NCBI RefSeq assembly: GCF_009914755.1
Contig: NC_060941.1
Source of the DNA: the human T2T-CHM13v2.0 reference genome, Homo sapiens
Length of the DNA stretch: 64,000 nucleotides
Strand: one strand, 5' to 3'
In this document: positions 1 to 27,335 of the stretch, one piece after another
How positions within the stretch are numbered: the stretch's first letter is position 1
Layout: every line of letters begins with the position of its first letter
Program-made: the position numbers and the translations under genes
The notes under the pieces: model-generated
Told to the model about the DNA's origin: nothing
Database searches by the model: none
The model's input: the letters and a program-made list of their open reading frames with translations, nothing else

Positions 1-6894
<6,894 letters not shown>

Positions 6895-7843
6895 TTAGTC
6901 CTACATTTTGTTTAGGTATTTCTGTATGTGTATTTAGCAGACTAGAAGAATTATGGAGTCTAGGATTGCTGTGAAAGCTCCTTGCTGCTGTTTCTTTCCT
7001 GTAGTTTTTTCATGACAGCTATTAAAAATGAACAAGACCTTTCTATGTTAGTTTACATTGACAGCTCTGTTGTAACAATATTCTGAATAGGTGCAGGGTA
7101 ACCAGGATGGTGCTAATTTTTAATAATAAAGTGCTTTCAGGAACTTTAGTATGTATAGAAAAAGAAGCAGTTATGCACTGGATGCTGTTAACTCTAGTCT
7201 AACAGTGTAATGATGTATTTCAGGGTTGTCTTTTGGGAGTTCTCGTGTATTTATATATTTTATTTTTGACTTTTTCCTGTCTTCTAACAATCCAAACAAT
7301 ATACATAGGTGTTATTGGATCTTCAGGTAATATGAGTGCTTCACCTTTATTCTTTTTAAAAAGTTATTTTGGCTACTTTGGAGCTTTTGCCTTTTCATAT
7401 ACAGGCTAGAATCAGTTTGTTGATATCTACAGAAAATCCTCTTGGACTTTTGAGATTGTGTTGAATCTATGAATCATTGAATTTTTGGATCAGTTAGAAG
7501 AGAATTACCTCATAACAATATTGAGTCATTCACTCCATGAATACAGTACATGTCTCCATTTAATTAGGTTGACTTTGATTTCTTTCACCAGATTTGTATT
7601 GTTTTTACTGTATAAATTCTACCCATATATTGTTAGACTTATGTTTACTCAGTTTTTTTCCCATTGCTATTTTGTACATTTTTGGGATTTTCTCTGTACA
7701 CAATAATATTGTCAATAAGTAGAGACAGTTTTCTTTCTTTCTGTTACATATGCCTTTTAGTTCTTTTTCTTGCCATGTAACACTGACTAGAACTTCTAGT
7801 ACAGCGTTGATTAGGAGTGATTAGAGTGGATATCATTGCCTTC

Positions 7844-8042
7844 TTTATAAATTTATTTTTTACTTTTAATTTTTGTGGGTACATAGTAGGTTTATATATT
7901 TATGGGGTACATGAGATGTTTTGAAACAAGCATGCAATGCGCAATAAGCACATATGAAGAATGGGGTATCCATCCCCCCAAGTGCTTATCCTTTGAGTTG
8001 CAAACAATCCAATTATACTCTTCAAGTTATTTTAAAATGTGC
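7844..8042 (-). mobile_element. L1MA-type 3' end with degenerate A-tail, fused to the U6 copy
   Basis: tttttgtgggtacatagtagg...ggggtacatgag...caaacaatccaattatactc is characteristic of L1MA1-3-like 3' termini in antisense. Confidence 0.8.
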
Positions 8043-8141
8043 AAATATGGAACACTTTACAAATTTGCGTGTCATCCTTGTGCAGGGGCCATGCTGATCT
8101 TCTTATTCCAATTTTAGCATATGTGCTGCCCAAGCAAGCAC
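8043..8141 (-). pseudogene. U6 snRNA processed pseudogene (near full length, ACAGAGA box deleted)
   Basis: Reverse complement reads GTGCTTGCTTGGGCAGCACATATGCTAAAATTGGAATAAGAAGATCAGCATGGCCCCTGCACAAGGATGACACGCAAATTTGTAAAGTGTTCCATATTT. It is colinear with U6, with CpG decay and a ~6-nt deletion. Confidence 0.95.
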
Positions 8142-9384
8142 CCTTTGTGTTATTTCTAATCTTTAGAGGAAAGCTTTCAGTCTTCAAGCATTAAGTATGA
8201 TGTTAGCAGCAGGTTTTTTGTAGATACCTTTAATAGGTTAAAGATGTTCCTTTCTATTCCTAGTTTGAGTGTTTTATCATGAATGGATGTTATCAATTTG
8301 ATTTTCTGCCTCTGTTTATATTTCTTCTTTAGTATGTCTAGAATGGAGTATGACAATGATTTTCTAATGCTGAACCAGCCTTGCATTTCTAGATAAATCC
8401 TGCTTGATTGTGCTGTGGTGTCATTTTTATATATTGCTGAATTTAATTTGCTAATTTTGTTGATGATATTTTTGCTTTTATGTTGATGACTTTTGCTTTT
8501 ATATTGGTCAGAAATCTTCAGTTTTTGTCAGTGTTCTGAAGCCATCAATGTCATGATGGCTTCATAAAATGAATTGGGAAATGTTCTCTCTTCTAAGCTT
8601 GAAGAATTTATGTAGAATTGGTATTTTTTTTTCTTTAATGTTTAATGAAATTTGATAATGAAACTGTCTAGACCTGGAGTTTTCTTTCATATACATATGA
8701 CTAATCAGGTTACTTTCTTGAGTGACTTTTTGGTAGTTTATATCTGTCAAAATAATTTGTCCATTTCATCTGTGTTGTCAGATTTATGAGCTTACAGCTG
8801 TTCATTGTATTTCCTCATCTTTTTAATGTGTGTAGGGTCTGTAGTGATATACTCTCTTTTGTTTGCATTATTGGTAATTTATGTCTGCTTGTTTTCCTTT
8901 GTTAGTTTGGCTACAGGCCTTTCTGTCTTACTGACTTCCTCTGCTTCCTCCCAAATAACCAATTTTTGACTTGATTTTTTTCTCTATTGGCCTTTTGTTT
9001 TCTATTTCACTAATTTCTATTCTATTTAGTATTTCCTTCCTTATATTTACTTTTGGCTTAACTTGCTTTTTTCTTTCTTTCACGCCATTCTCCTCCCTCA
9101 GCCTACCGAGTACCTGGGACTACAGGTGTGCACTACCACGCCCAGCTAGTTTTTTGTGTTTTTAGTAGAGACAGGGTTTCACCGTGTTAGCCAGGATGGT
9201 CTCGATCTCCTGACCTCGTGATCCGCCTGCCTTGGCCTCCCAAAGTGCTGAGATTACAGGCCTGAGCCACCGCACCCAGGCTGTATTTTAGTTTTTATTC
9301 AGTTCATAGTCTTTTTCTAATTTTCCTCAAAACTCCATTATTGACTCATGAGTTACTTAGAAGTATGTCATTCACTTTCCAAAT

Positions 9385-9650
<266 letters not shown>

Positions 9651-9909
9651 TAGTATTTTTAGTAGAGGTAAAGTTTCACCATGTTGGCCAGGCTAGTCTC
9701 AAACTCCTGACTAGGGATGATCCACCTGCCTTAGCCTCCCAAAGTGCTGGTATTACAGGAGTCAGCCACTGTGGCTGGCTTTTTTTTTTTTTTTTAAGGG
9801 AAGAGGTCTCACTTTGTTTCCCAGGCTGGAGTGCAGTGACTATTCGCAGGCATGATCAGAGTGCACTACAACCTCACACTCCTGGGCACAAAGTGATTCT
9901 CCTGCCTGA

Positions 9910-10623
<714 letters not shown>

Positions 10624-12232
10624 TGACCTCAGGTGACCCACCCGCCTCAGCCTCCCAAAGTGCTGGGATTACAGGCGTGAGCCACTGCACCTGGTCTTTT
10701 TTTTTTTTTTTTTTTTTTTAATTCTTACAGATGTACTTCCTGCTTTCATACCGAGTTTATCTTTTTTTTTATTATTTTTGGTATCTTTTACTGTGTTCCT
10801 CTCAAGCTTTCTTTTTTATATTGTCAAATATGTTTTTTTCTTACTGCTTTGCATGTAGATCATAGATAAGTTTCTTCACACTGGTTACAAAGAAATTTAC
10901 TCATATTTCCTCCCAGTACTCGTATAGTTTCTTTTTTTTATATTTGTGTATCTGATCCCTATGTAATTCTGATGTTCGGTTTGAGGAAAAGGTATAATTT
11001 TTCTCTCACATGGCTATTAGGCGCTCTCAAAAACACATTTTTATCAAATCAATCTTTTTCCCATTGATTTGAGATGCCTTTTTTAGCCATTTAGCAGTAA
11101 TGTTTATGGTAAGATATGTGATAGGCATATAACTTTTTTTCCAAATGGATTGTCAAGTTTTCTCAACCTTTATTTCTTCTCCTTTAACTGTGTGTGTTAA
11201 ATTCCAAGATAGACATACATGGGTTTGTTTCTGGGTCTTTTAGGTTATTAATTTCCTTGTCTTTTTGTTTTAGTATTTTACTCTTGTGATGGTGATAGTA
11301 TTGTGTTGTCCTTTGGTCTTTGGTAGAACAAGTATTTCAATTCCCTAATTATCTCTTGTCTCTCTGAATTTCTGGAAGTTGCTATTCTGCATTTTCTCTG
11401 TTCTTAACAACTTTAAAGTTTTTGTATATCATAGTCTTATGCATACTGTTTGTTCTGTAAGTATTTGTGGAAGTGAAATCATTTTTAGGAGTTACATAGA
11501 AGATAATTAAGTATATTGTTTTATTCAGCAATATTTATATAATAACTGTAGATGGTAAGGGGTAGAAGCTGGAGAGATGATACAAAAATGAATGAGACAC
11601 ATTGTGCCTGCTTGTTTAGGAAAGAGAGAGTTAAATAATTGCAATATAATACGGTAAATGCGGCAGGATGCTTTGGGGGCATAAAGGGAGAGTAACTGAC
11701 TTTTCTAATAGAGTTAAGGTTTTGCAAACATTATGACATTTAATCTAAATCTTGAAAGACTTTGAGTGGGAATTTGTTAGGTAGATAAGAAAGAAGATGC
11801 CGATCATGGACCCAGCTAGAAAATTTTAATGTAAAATAATTCTTGTAATAAGGGCACTAAAACTTAATCATTCAAAATTCTTAACTACGGTCTTAAGTAA
11901 CACTGAAGTTTGTTTTTTTAATAGTTTGATTAATTGAAAATTAATACTTTATATGGAATTTAGTTCAGCCTACTCAGTTTAGGGATGAGAAGTTAAGTGA
12001 CTTTGCTATGGTCACATATTCTTGGAAGAACTGTGATTAAGACTGCTCCAGGGAACTTCTAGAACAGGGAAATTGGTAAAAGTATATGGGGCAGCCTTGG
12101 ATATATATTAGAAATTGAATACAAATTAAGAATTTATATATTTTTATTGCAGTGTGGTGTTAATTTAGGGGGGTACAAAAGACATATAAATGTATTTTAT
12201 ATAGTTACAAAGAAGTTTTCTAGCAAGAATTA

Positions 12233-12650
<418 letters not shown>

Positions 12651-12659
12651 TTAAAAGAA

Positions 12660-13250
12660 AATAGCTAACACTTACTGTAGTGCTTATTACTCCAGAGTAT
12701 TACTCTATGCTTTCATTTATTAACTCATTTAACCCTCCTGATTACACTGTGAAGTAGATTTTTTCCTCCTTCCTTCCTTTCCCTTTTCTTTTCTTTCCTT
12801 TCCTTTTTATTTCCTTTTTCCTTTCCTTTCCTTTCTTTCATCTAACAAACAGGGTCTCTCTCTCTTGCCCAGGCTGGAATGCCATGGGGTGATCATCACT
12901 CACTGTAACCTCGAACCTCTGGGCACAAGTGATCCTCCCACCTCAGTCTCCCAAGTAGCTAGGACTATAGGAGCACACCACACCACCCAGCTAATTTTGT
13001 AATTTTTTTGTATTGGAAGATCTTGCTGTGTTGTCTGAGCTGGTCTCAAGCTCCTGGCCGCAAGTGATCCTTGCACTTTGACCTCTCAAAATGCTTGGAT
13101 TACAGATGTGAACTTTCACACCTGGCCTATAGTCATTTTACAGATTAGGAAAATGATACTACCTAATTTCAGAACTAGTGTTGCTGGGATTCCTATCCAG
13201 CAGTGTCATTCCAGAGTCCAGGTTCCAAAGCCTCTTAATTATGACATCCA
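12660..13250 (-). mobile_element. MIR remnant split by a CT-rich repeat and an AluJ
   Basis: taactcatttaaccctcc ... cattttacagattaggaaaatga ... ccagagtcca. Confidence 0.55.
12760..12840 (+). repeat. CT-rich simple repeat (expanded Alu tail)
   Basis: (TTTCC/TTTC)n run. Confidence 0.8.
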
Positions 13251-14201
13251 GTTTTGTTTTGTTTTGTTTTGAGACAGGATCTCACCCTGTTGCCCAGGCT
13301 GGAGTGCGGTGGTGTGATCATAGCTCACTGCAACCTTGACCTCCTGAACTCCAGTGATCCTTCCGCCTTAGCCGCCAAAGTAGCCAGGACTATAAGTGCA
13401 TGACACCACTCTTGGCTAATTTTTTAAATTTATTTTTGTAGAGGCAGGGTCTTACCATATTACCCAGGCTGGTCATGAACTCCTGGTCTCAAGCGATCCT
13501 CCTGCCTTGACCTCCCAAAGAGCTGGGATTACAGGCATGAGCCACTGAGTCTGGCTATGACAGCCAGTATTAAAACTGGGTAATCTGATATAAAGGAATT
13601 GATAGGACAACTGCCAGGAAGTTTTCTGGTTATCTGTATTTCTACTTATTTAATGAAACAGTTGATAAAGGGCATATTTTAATGTGAATCAGGTGAATCA
13701 AGTTTATGGAGAAACAGTTGTCTGTGAAATACATTACTTTCTCCCACTATATTTTTCTTTGAATGTCTGTTAGAGTTGATTAGTACACTAGCATACGGTA
13801 TCTGAAAAGAAAAGAAGTTTCCTGTTGTCAGAAATACTGTGGGCACATCTTGCGTTATTGTGTATTTTTAAAATAGTCTCTTTTATATTATCTTCTCTAT
13901 TGATGAGATGACTGCATCAGAAGTGGATACATTTTTAAGTATTGACTTAGAAAACCTCCCAAGATACAAAGATTATCTCATTTTTTTAAAGTGCTGTATA
14001 GTAGGAATCTGTTTTTGAAGTACCATGGTGTTCATGATGATGAAACAGGTTTAGGAGCTACTGCAGTAGTACCCACACTGCCTTTTCAGTGAAATTCTAG
14101 ACATGAGATAAATTTGTAGATCAGTATATGACCTTATACTAATTATTCTTAGCAGTTTTTGCCTTTTCTGACTTTTTTTTTCTATTTTTCTACAGTAGTT
14201 T

Positions 14202-14213
14202 ATGCCAACGTGA
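14202..14213 (+). promoter_or_regulatory. uORF1 (M-P-T-stop) in the TAOK1 5'UTR
   Basis: atg cca acg tga. Translation is not shown by the sequence. Confidence 0.6.
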
Positions 14214-14227
14214 CTTCATTCATACAG

Positions 14228-14248
14228 ATGAACCAAGGATCGGGATAG
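14228..14248 (+). promoter_or_regulatory. uORF2 (M-N-Q-G-S-G-stop) in the TAOK1 5'UTR
   Basis: atg aac caa gga tcg gga tag, ending 41 nt before the main ATG. Confidence 0.6.
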
Positions 14249-14289
14249 CAGTATAAAATTAGAATCAAGACAGCTGACTGCTCAGCAGG

Positions 14290-14421
14290 ATGCCATCAAC
14301 TAACAGAGCAGGCAGCCTGAAGGACCCTGAAATTGCAGAGCTCTTCTTCAAAGAAGATCCAGAGAAGCTCTTCACAGATCTCAGAGAAATTGGCCATGGA
14401 AGCTTTGGAGCAGTGTATTTT
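14290..14421 (+). CDS. TAOK1: TAOK1 exon 2 coding part, aa 1-44 (includes Gly-rich loop GHGSFG)
   Basis: Translates [44 protein letters not shown]; donor gtaagt at 14422; phase 0. Confidence 0.98.
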
Positions 14422-14545
14422 GTAAGTGTTAGTGGCTTGATGTCAGTGACTAAAATTTACTTAATGTCCACTCCTGACAGAGCAAAATATAGTAATGAAA
14501 AGAGATATAGGCCATAGTCATTTTATAGTCACTTGCATAGGGGGA

Positions 14546-14596
14546 AGAGAGAGAGCGCGAGAGCGAGAGCGTGGGTGAGTGTGTGTGTCTGTGTGT
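14546..14596 (+). repeat. Compound (GA/GC)n-(GT)n microsatellite
   Basis: agagagagagcgcgagagcgagagcgtgggtgagtgtgtgtgtctgtgtgt. Confidence 0.85.
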
Positions 14597-15244
14597 AAAA
14601 TTCAAATATGAAAATAGTTTTATTTATTGAACTTCTTGGATTATTGAAAAAATGAGAAAGAATATTATTTTGTGGGCCAGGCTTGGTGGCTCACGCCTGT
14701 AATCCTAGCACTTTGGGAGGCAAGGTTGGGTGGATTGCTTGAGTCCAGCAGTTTGAGACCACCCTGGGCAACATGGTGAAACCCTGCCTCTACAAAAAAT
14801 ACAAAACTTAGCCCGGTGTGGTGGTGCACACCTGTAGTTCCAGGTACTCAGGAGGCTGAGGCCAGAGAATCACCTGAGCCCAAGAGGCAGAGGTTGCAGT
14901 GAGCCGAGATTGTACCACTGCATTTCAGCCTGGGCAACAGAGCAGATCCTGTCACAAAAAATAAATACATAAATAAATAAATAAATAAACAAATGAAAGA
15001 AAGAAAAAGAAAAAAATTTGCTTTAACTTATGTGTTACTTTTTTAGAATTCTTAGCACACCTTTTTTATAAGTCTCATGGCTTGCATTGCTATAGAGTTA
15101 AATACTGCAGAACACAGACTTCCACTGATTTCTACTTCTGTAAAGTCCCATTCAGAGTCAATCTTAGTCTTGTGGAGGTCTAGGATTATTATTTGACAGA
15201 TATACCAAAGTCTGTTTCTTTTATATGCATTTGTGTGTGCGTGT

Positions 15245-19680
<4,436 letters not shown>

Positions 19681-19794
19681 TAGCCAGGATGGTCTCGATC
19701 TCCTGGTCTTGTGATCCGCCTTCCTCGGCCTCCCAAAGTGCTGGGATTACAGGCGTGAGCCACAGCATCTGGCCATATAGTTCTATTTCTGTAA

Positions 19795-20185
<391 letters not shown>

Positions 20186-20449
20186 TAACCTAGGCTGGAG
20201 TGCAATGGCGTGATCTCGGCTCACTGCAACCTCCACATCCTGGATTCAAGTGATTCTCCCACCTCAGCCTCCTGAGTAGCTAAGATTACAGGTGCGCACC
20301 ACCATGCCCGGCTAATTTTTGTATTTTTAGTAGAGACGGGGTTTCACCATGTTGGCCAGGCTGGTCTTGAACTCCTAACCTCAAGCGATCCACCCATCTC
20401 GGCCTCCCAAAGTGCTGGGATTACAGGCGTGAGCCACTGCACCTTGCCT

Positions 20450-20568
20450 GAGTTTACTGATTTAAGTGCCATCCAAACAATGCCTTCGCAGAAACATATA
20501 AATAGTGTTTGACTAAAGATCTGGGTACCATGGCCTAGCCCAGTTGACAGATAAAATTAACCATAACA
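20450..20568. mobile_element. MLT2-like (ERVL) LTR terminal fragment
   Basis: tctgggtaccatggcctagcccagttgacagataaaattaaccataaca. Confidence 0.65.
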
Positions 20569-20665
20569 AAAGGCCAGGCACGGTGGCTCACGCGTGTAAT
20601 CTCAGCACTTTGGGAGGCCGAGGCAGGCAGATCAGGAGGTCAGGAGATCGAGACCATCCTGGCTA

Positions 20666-21230
<565 letters not shown>

Positions 21231-21344
21231 TTTTTTTGTTTTGTTTTGTTTTTGTTTTCAGACGAAGTCTCGCTCTCTTACCCAGGCTGGAGTGCAATGG
21301 CACAATCTTGTCACACTGCAACCTCTGCCTCTGGGTTCAAGTGA

Positions 21345-21814
<470 letters not shown>

Positions 21815-22319
21815 TAAGGAGAATTTGTAGATTTTTGAGCTTCTGCTTTTCAGCTTCCTTTTCTGAGATTGTGCTTTTGTTAGCTTCTGACTCTGGCTTC
21901 TGTCTCCTCAGCCTGGCTTTCTTCTTGGACTCTGTTTTCCTTTCACAAGTTCAGAGATGAAGCTGGGGTAAATTTGGAGTTCATTTTGCATACTGTTGTT
22001 TTTTTCAAGGATTGTAGTCTCTAAAGTTATGCCTGCATTTGTTGCTCTCTGGTAATTTTATATAATTGTTTTACATATATTGCCTGCTTTGTCAGCTCAC
22101 TGCAAACACCGCCTGCTGGGTTCAAGTGATTCTCCTATCTCAGCCTCCCGAGTAGCTGAGATTACAGGCGCCCGCCCCCACGCCCGGCTGTTTGTTTTTT
22201 TTTATTTTTAGTAGAAACGGGATTTCACCATGTTGGCCAGGCTGGTCTCGAACTCCTGACCTCAAGTGATCCACCTGCCTCAGCCTCCCAGTTACAGGCA
22301 TGAGTCACCACACCCGGCC

Positions 22320-22650
22320 TCATTCTTTTTTTATGGCCGAATAGTACTTCATTGTATAAATGTACCACATTTTCTTTATCTATTTGTCTGTTGGTGGACA
22401 CTTACATTGTTTCCAGCTCTTGGCTGTTGTGAATAGTGCTGCAATAAACATGAGAGTGCAGATATCTCTTTGATAATACTAATTTCCTTTATGTTGGGCA
22501 TATACCTAATAGTTGGATTGCTGGATGATATGGTAGCTCTATTTCTAGTGTTTTGGAGAACCTCCATCCAAACTCTTCTTCATAGTGGTTGTGCTAATTT
22601 ACATTCCCAACAGTGTACAGGGGTTCCCTTTTCTCCACATCCTCACTAGT
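22320..22650 (-). mobile_element. L1MA-type fragment
   Basis: gtgaatagtgctgcaataaacatgagagtgcagatatctc...cccttttctccacatcctcac. Confidence 0.8.
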
Positions 22651-24220
22651 CATATTATTTGTACTTACCTGGGCTTTTCATATATCCTTCTGTAAAGATG
22701 TGGTGTTTTGGAGCAGTGGGTCTTTCATTGTTATATTGGAAAGTTTTGAATTTCAGCAGGTTTTCCTCAGACCTCTTTAGGCCTGCCTATATGATCTACA
22801 AAGTGGTGAAAGTAATGTTTCTTGCCCTTTTCCTTTTATTAAAGAGACAAAGACCCATCTTGGCAAAATATCAATGATTTAACTTTTTCAAAATAAAACT
22901 ATAAAATTGCATTATCCCAATTCTAGAACTTTGTCAGTAGTCTTTTTTTTCTGAGACGGAGTCTCGCTCTGTCACCCAGACTAGAGTGCAGTGGCACGAT
23001 CTCAGTTCACTGTAACCTTCACCTCCCGGGTTCATGCAATTCTTCTGGCTCAGGCTCCTGAGTAGCTAGGATTACAGGCATTTGCCAGCACACCTGGCTA
23101 ATTTTTGTATTTTTAGTAGAGACCGGGTTTCACCATGTTGGCCAGGCTGGTCTCGAACTCCTGACCTCATGATCCACCCGCCTCGGCCTCCCAAAGTTCT
23201 GGGATTACAGGCATGAGCCACCACACCCGGCCTGTCAGTAGTCTTTTTTGACAAGTATGACTGAAGTTGGTATGCCTAGGATCAAGGGTATAGTGGGAAC
23301 TAAAGATGTAATGGGAGAAAAGAAAGATAATCAAGGGCTCTTGAAATACCTGCTACATTACCCTAAGAAATATGGGCTTTATTCTGAAGTCTTCAGGGAA
23401 CCACTGAAGTACAACAGAAATATTTTATTTCCATTTGTGAAGTAAAGTTTACTCTTGTATTAATGTAGAGGAAAGGTTGGCATGTATCAGAGATCGAAGC
23501 AGAGAGACTGATTAGGATGCTTTTATAATAATTTAGGAAAGAAATGCAGAGAGCTTAGTTAGTAGCAGTGAGAGTGGAGAGGTAAGTAAACAGTTGAGAA
23601 TGAAAGTTTTAATCAGTAGAATAAAGAGCATTTATATTCTGATAAGATAAAGGGCGCATGTGGTAGTGTCTCACTCCTAGAGTAGAATTATTAAAGAGAG
23701 TGAGAGGAAGTGATTCTCTGTTGTTTGCACCTCCTTATGTAATAATTGCTAAGATTCTTCTACCCAAACTGGATTATTTCAGAGAGCTGTAGTTGAAGGT
23801 CTCATAGTCTCAGAAATAAGATTCTAACGAGAAAACAAAAACAAATTGTTCTAAGTCAGATATCTGGAGCTGGTTTAGGAGAGACTCGGAAATTAGGCAT
23901 AATGTGTGATCCTGGATTAGAAAAAAAAAGCCTGTAAAGAGCATTACTCAAACGTTGGTGAAATTTGAGTGCGTACTATGTATGCATCTGGATAATGATA
24001 TTATATCAGTGCTGAATTTTCTACATACGGTAATTGTACTTTGGTTATTCATGAGAATGTTCTTGTTCTTAGGAGATACATGAAGAAGTGTTTTAGGACT
24101 AAGGATCAGAATATTCTCTAATGGCTCTTTAATTATAAAATAATGATAACAAAAGGTATATTTAGATAGAAAATCTCAAAGGAAATGTGGCAAAATGTTA
24201 ACCAAGAATTTTTCTATAGA

Positions 24221-24402
24221 CAGGGCCAACAAACCTCAGCCCTGACACCAAATCCAACCTGTGATGTGTTTTTGTTCAGCTCCTAAACTAAGGACAGTTT
24301 TAACATTAAATAAAGAAGAATATGCAACATAGATTGTATGCGGCCCACAGAGCCTGAAATTTCTACTACTTGCCTTTTGGAGAAAAACTTTGCTCACTTC
24401 TG
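24221..24402. mobile_element. MER58A-like hAT-Charlie element
   Basis: cagggccaacaaac...ggcccacagagcctgaaat...aaaactttgctcacttctg. Confidence 0.7.
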
Positions 24403-25974
24403 ATCTAAAGGAAGGCATAAGAAGGGTTCACTGTGCTGTGCCAACTTTGTCATATGTTTGACAGATTTGTGTAATGAAATGTAGAGAGCGAAATTTTTTT
24501 TTTTTTTAATGCTGATTTAGGGGGCCAGGAAACTCTCCAATTCAGGTTAGGACCATCCCAGAAACAATTGAATGAAAGCACAGAGGAGTCAAGGTTAATT
24601 AACTCAAAGCAGGTTTTTTCTGTTATGTTTATTGATGTGTGGGAAACATGAACATGTAGATGAGGAAAGTTTGAATGTAGTCCAGAATTGAATCTTTTTG
24701 CTGCAATTCTATTTCTGGGTCACTAATCTTCATATTTTGTGGTATCAGAGAAACCCATGCACACACTGTTCTGTTGTTACATTTCCTCTCATCCCCACTC
24801 CATGACAGGATGAAATGTGCAGTGTTTGTTTATAGACTATCTAAAGGAAGGACCCTCTGGTCAAATTTTTTTAGGTGGCTAAAAATAGCTCTTTAACACA
24901 CTTCTGAATTTTAATTAATTGGCAGGGATCACCTTAAATTAAAAAATACTCAAATTGAGTCAGCCAGCATGGCTGTTTCATCAGGCAAGCTAATCAAGGA
25001 CTGGTACCGTAGTGAGTATTTGAAACTAAACCAGAGTCAGATGTCCAAAAGGATCACTGTCTCTAGATTACCAGGAAGATAAACATAATCTTTTAGTTTC
25101 CAACACCTTAAATAGAACCAATGTGATGTCAGTAGATGGGTCACACAATAAGAAATATAATATAAAAGCCAAAGAGAACACTGGCTTGGGAACCAGGCAG
25201 CTTGCTAACAAATATGGTAGACCATGTATGGTCCCAGCAAAATCATTTATTTACTTTCTAACAAAGTGGGTTTTTGTTCATTTCTTGAAACGGGATGTAA
25301 TATTTACCTCTTGTTTCCTAGTATAAGATTTTACTAATCTGTGCTCCCTTAGCAGGTTTGCAAGTTTTATATTTTCAGTGATTACAGTAAATTGTTTGGT
25401 GTTGTTCACATTAGTCTCATAAGACCATTTATATATAATTAATTGATGTAGTGATTTCAGATCATTCTTATGAATTTATTAAAATAGATCCCAAATGTAT
25501 CTTCACAGACAATTTCCTAGTTTGAAACAAAATTATTTATTGTGTGTATTTTCTTTTTCCTACTCTCTCTGACTATTTCTGTTCCCGTTTTTCTCTCAAC
25601 AGCATCTAGTTTGTCTTTAGGACTACAACTTATTTTGTTTTTGCTCTTTTTCTCTCTGGAGGTGAGAATAGATGATGTGTAGTATTGTGTTCTTTGTTAG
25701 TTACTTATAGTTCATTTGGTTCTGTTCTACACAGTGTTTTATTATGTAAACAAACACTTTTGCAAGCTTTTCTTACTGTTACTTTCTACTAGAACATTCC
25801 ATCTTTTTTTCAAGTTCATTTGTTAATATTCTATCATGTCAAGTAAAATGTAGAAATTATTTATCCCTTTCCATATTCTTTATGCTATTCTTGTCATATG
25901 TATTGTATCTACATATATTATAAACATATAATACAATGCCATAATTTTTGTTTTAGGTAATTTTTTGCTTTGTA

Positions 25975-27335
<1,361 letters not shown>

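Larger units (their letters stand above)
14196..14289 (+). other. TAOK1: TAOK1 5'UTR part of the start-codon exon (exon 2)
   Basis: A long pyrimidine tract and tacag| acceptor end at 14195; 94 nt precede the ATG at 14290. A tandem AG could shift the start to 14199. Confidence 0.85.

Noticed and set aside
8043-8141. Functional U6 gene
   Set aside because: The ACAGAGA box is deleted, CpGs have decayed, and the upstream flank is L1 sequence rather than a PSE/TATA promoter.
14422-14517. Extension of the 75-aa ORF beyond GAVYF
   Set aside because: Intronic read-through past a canonical gtaagt donor; the kinase continues at 29887.
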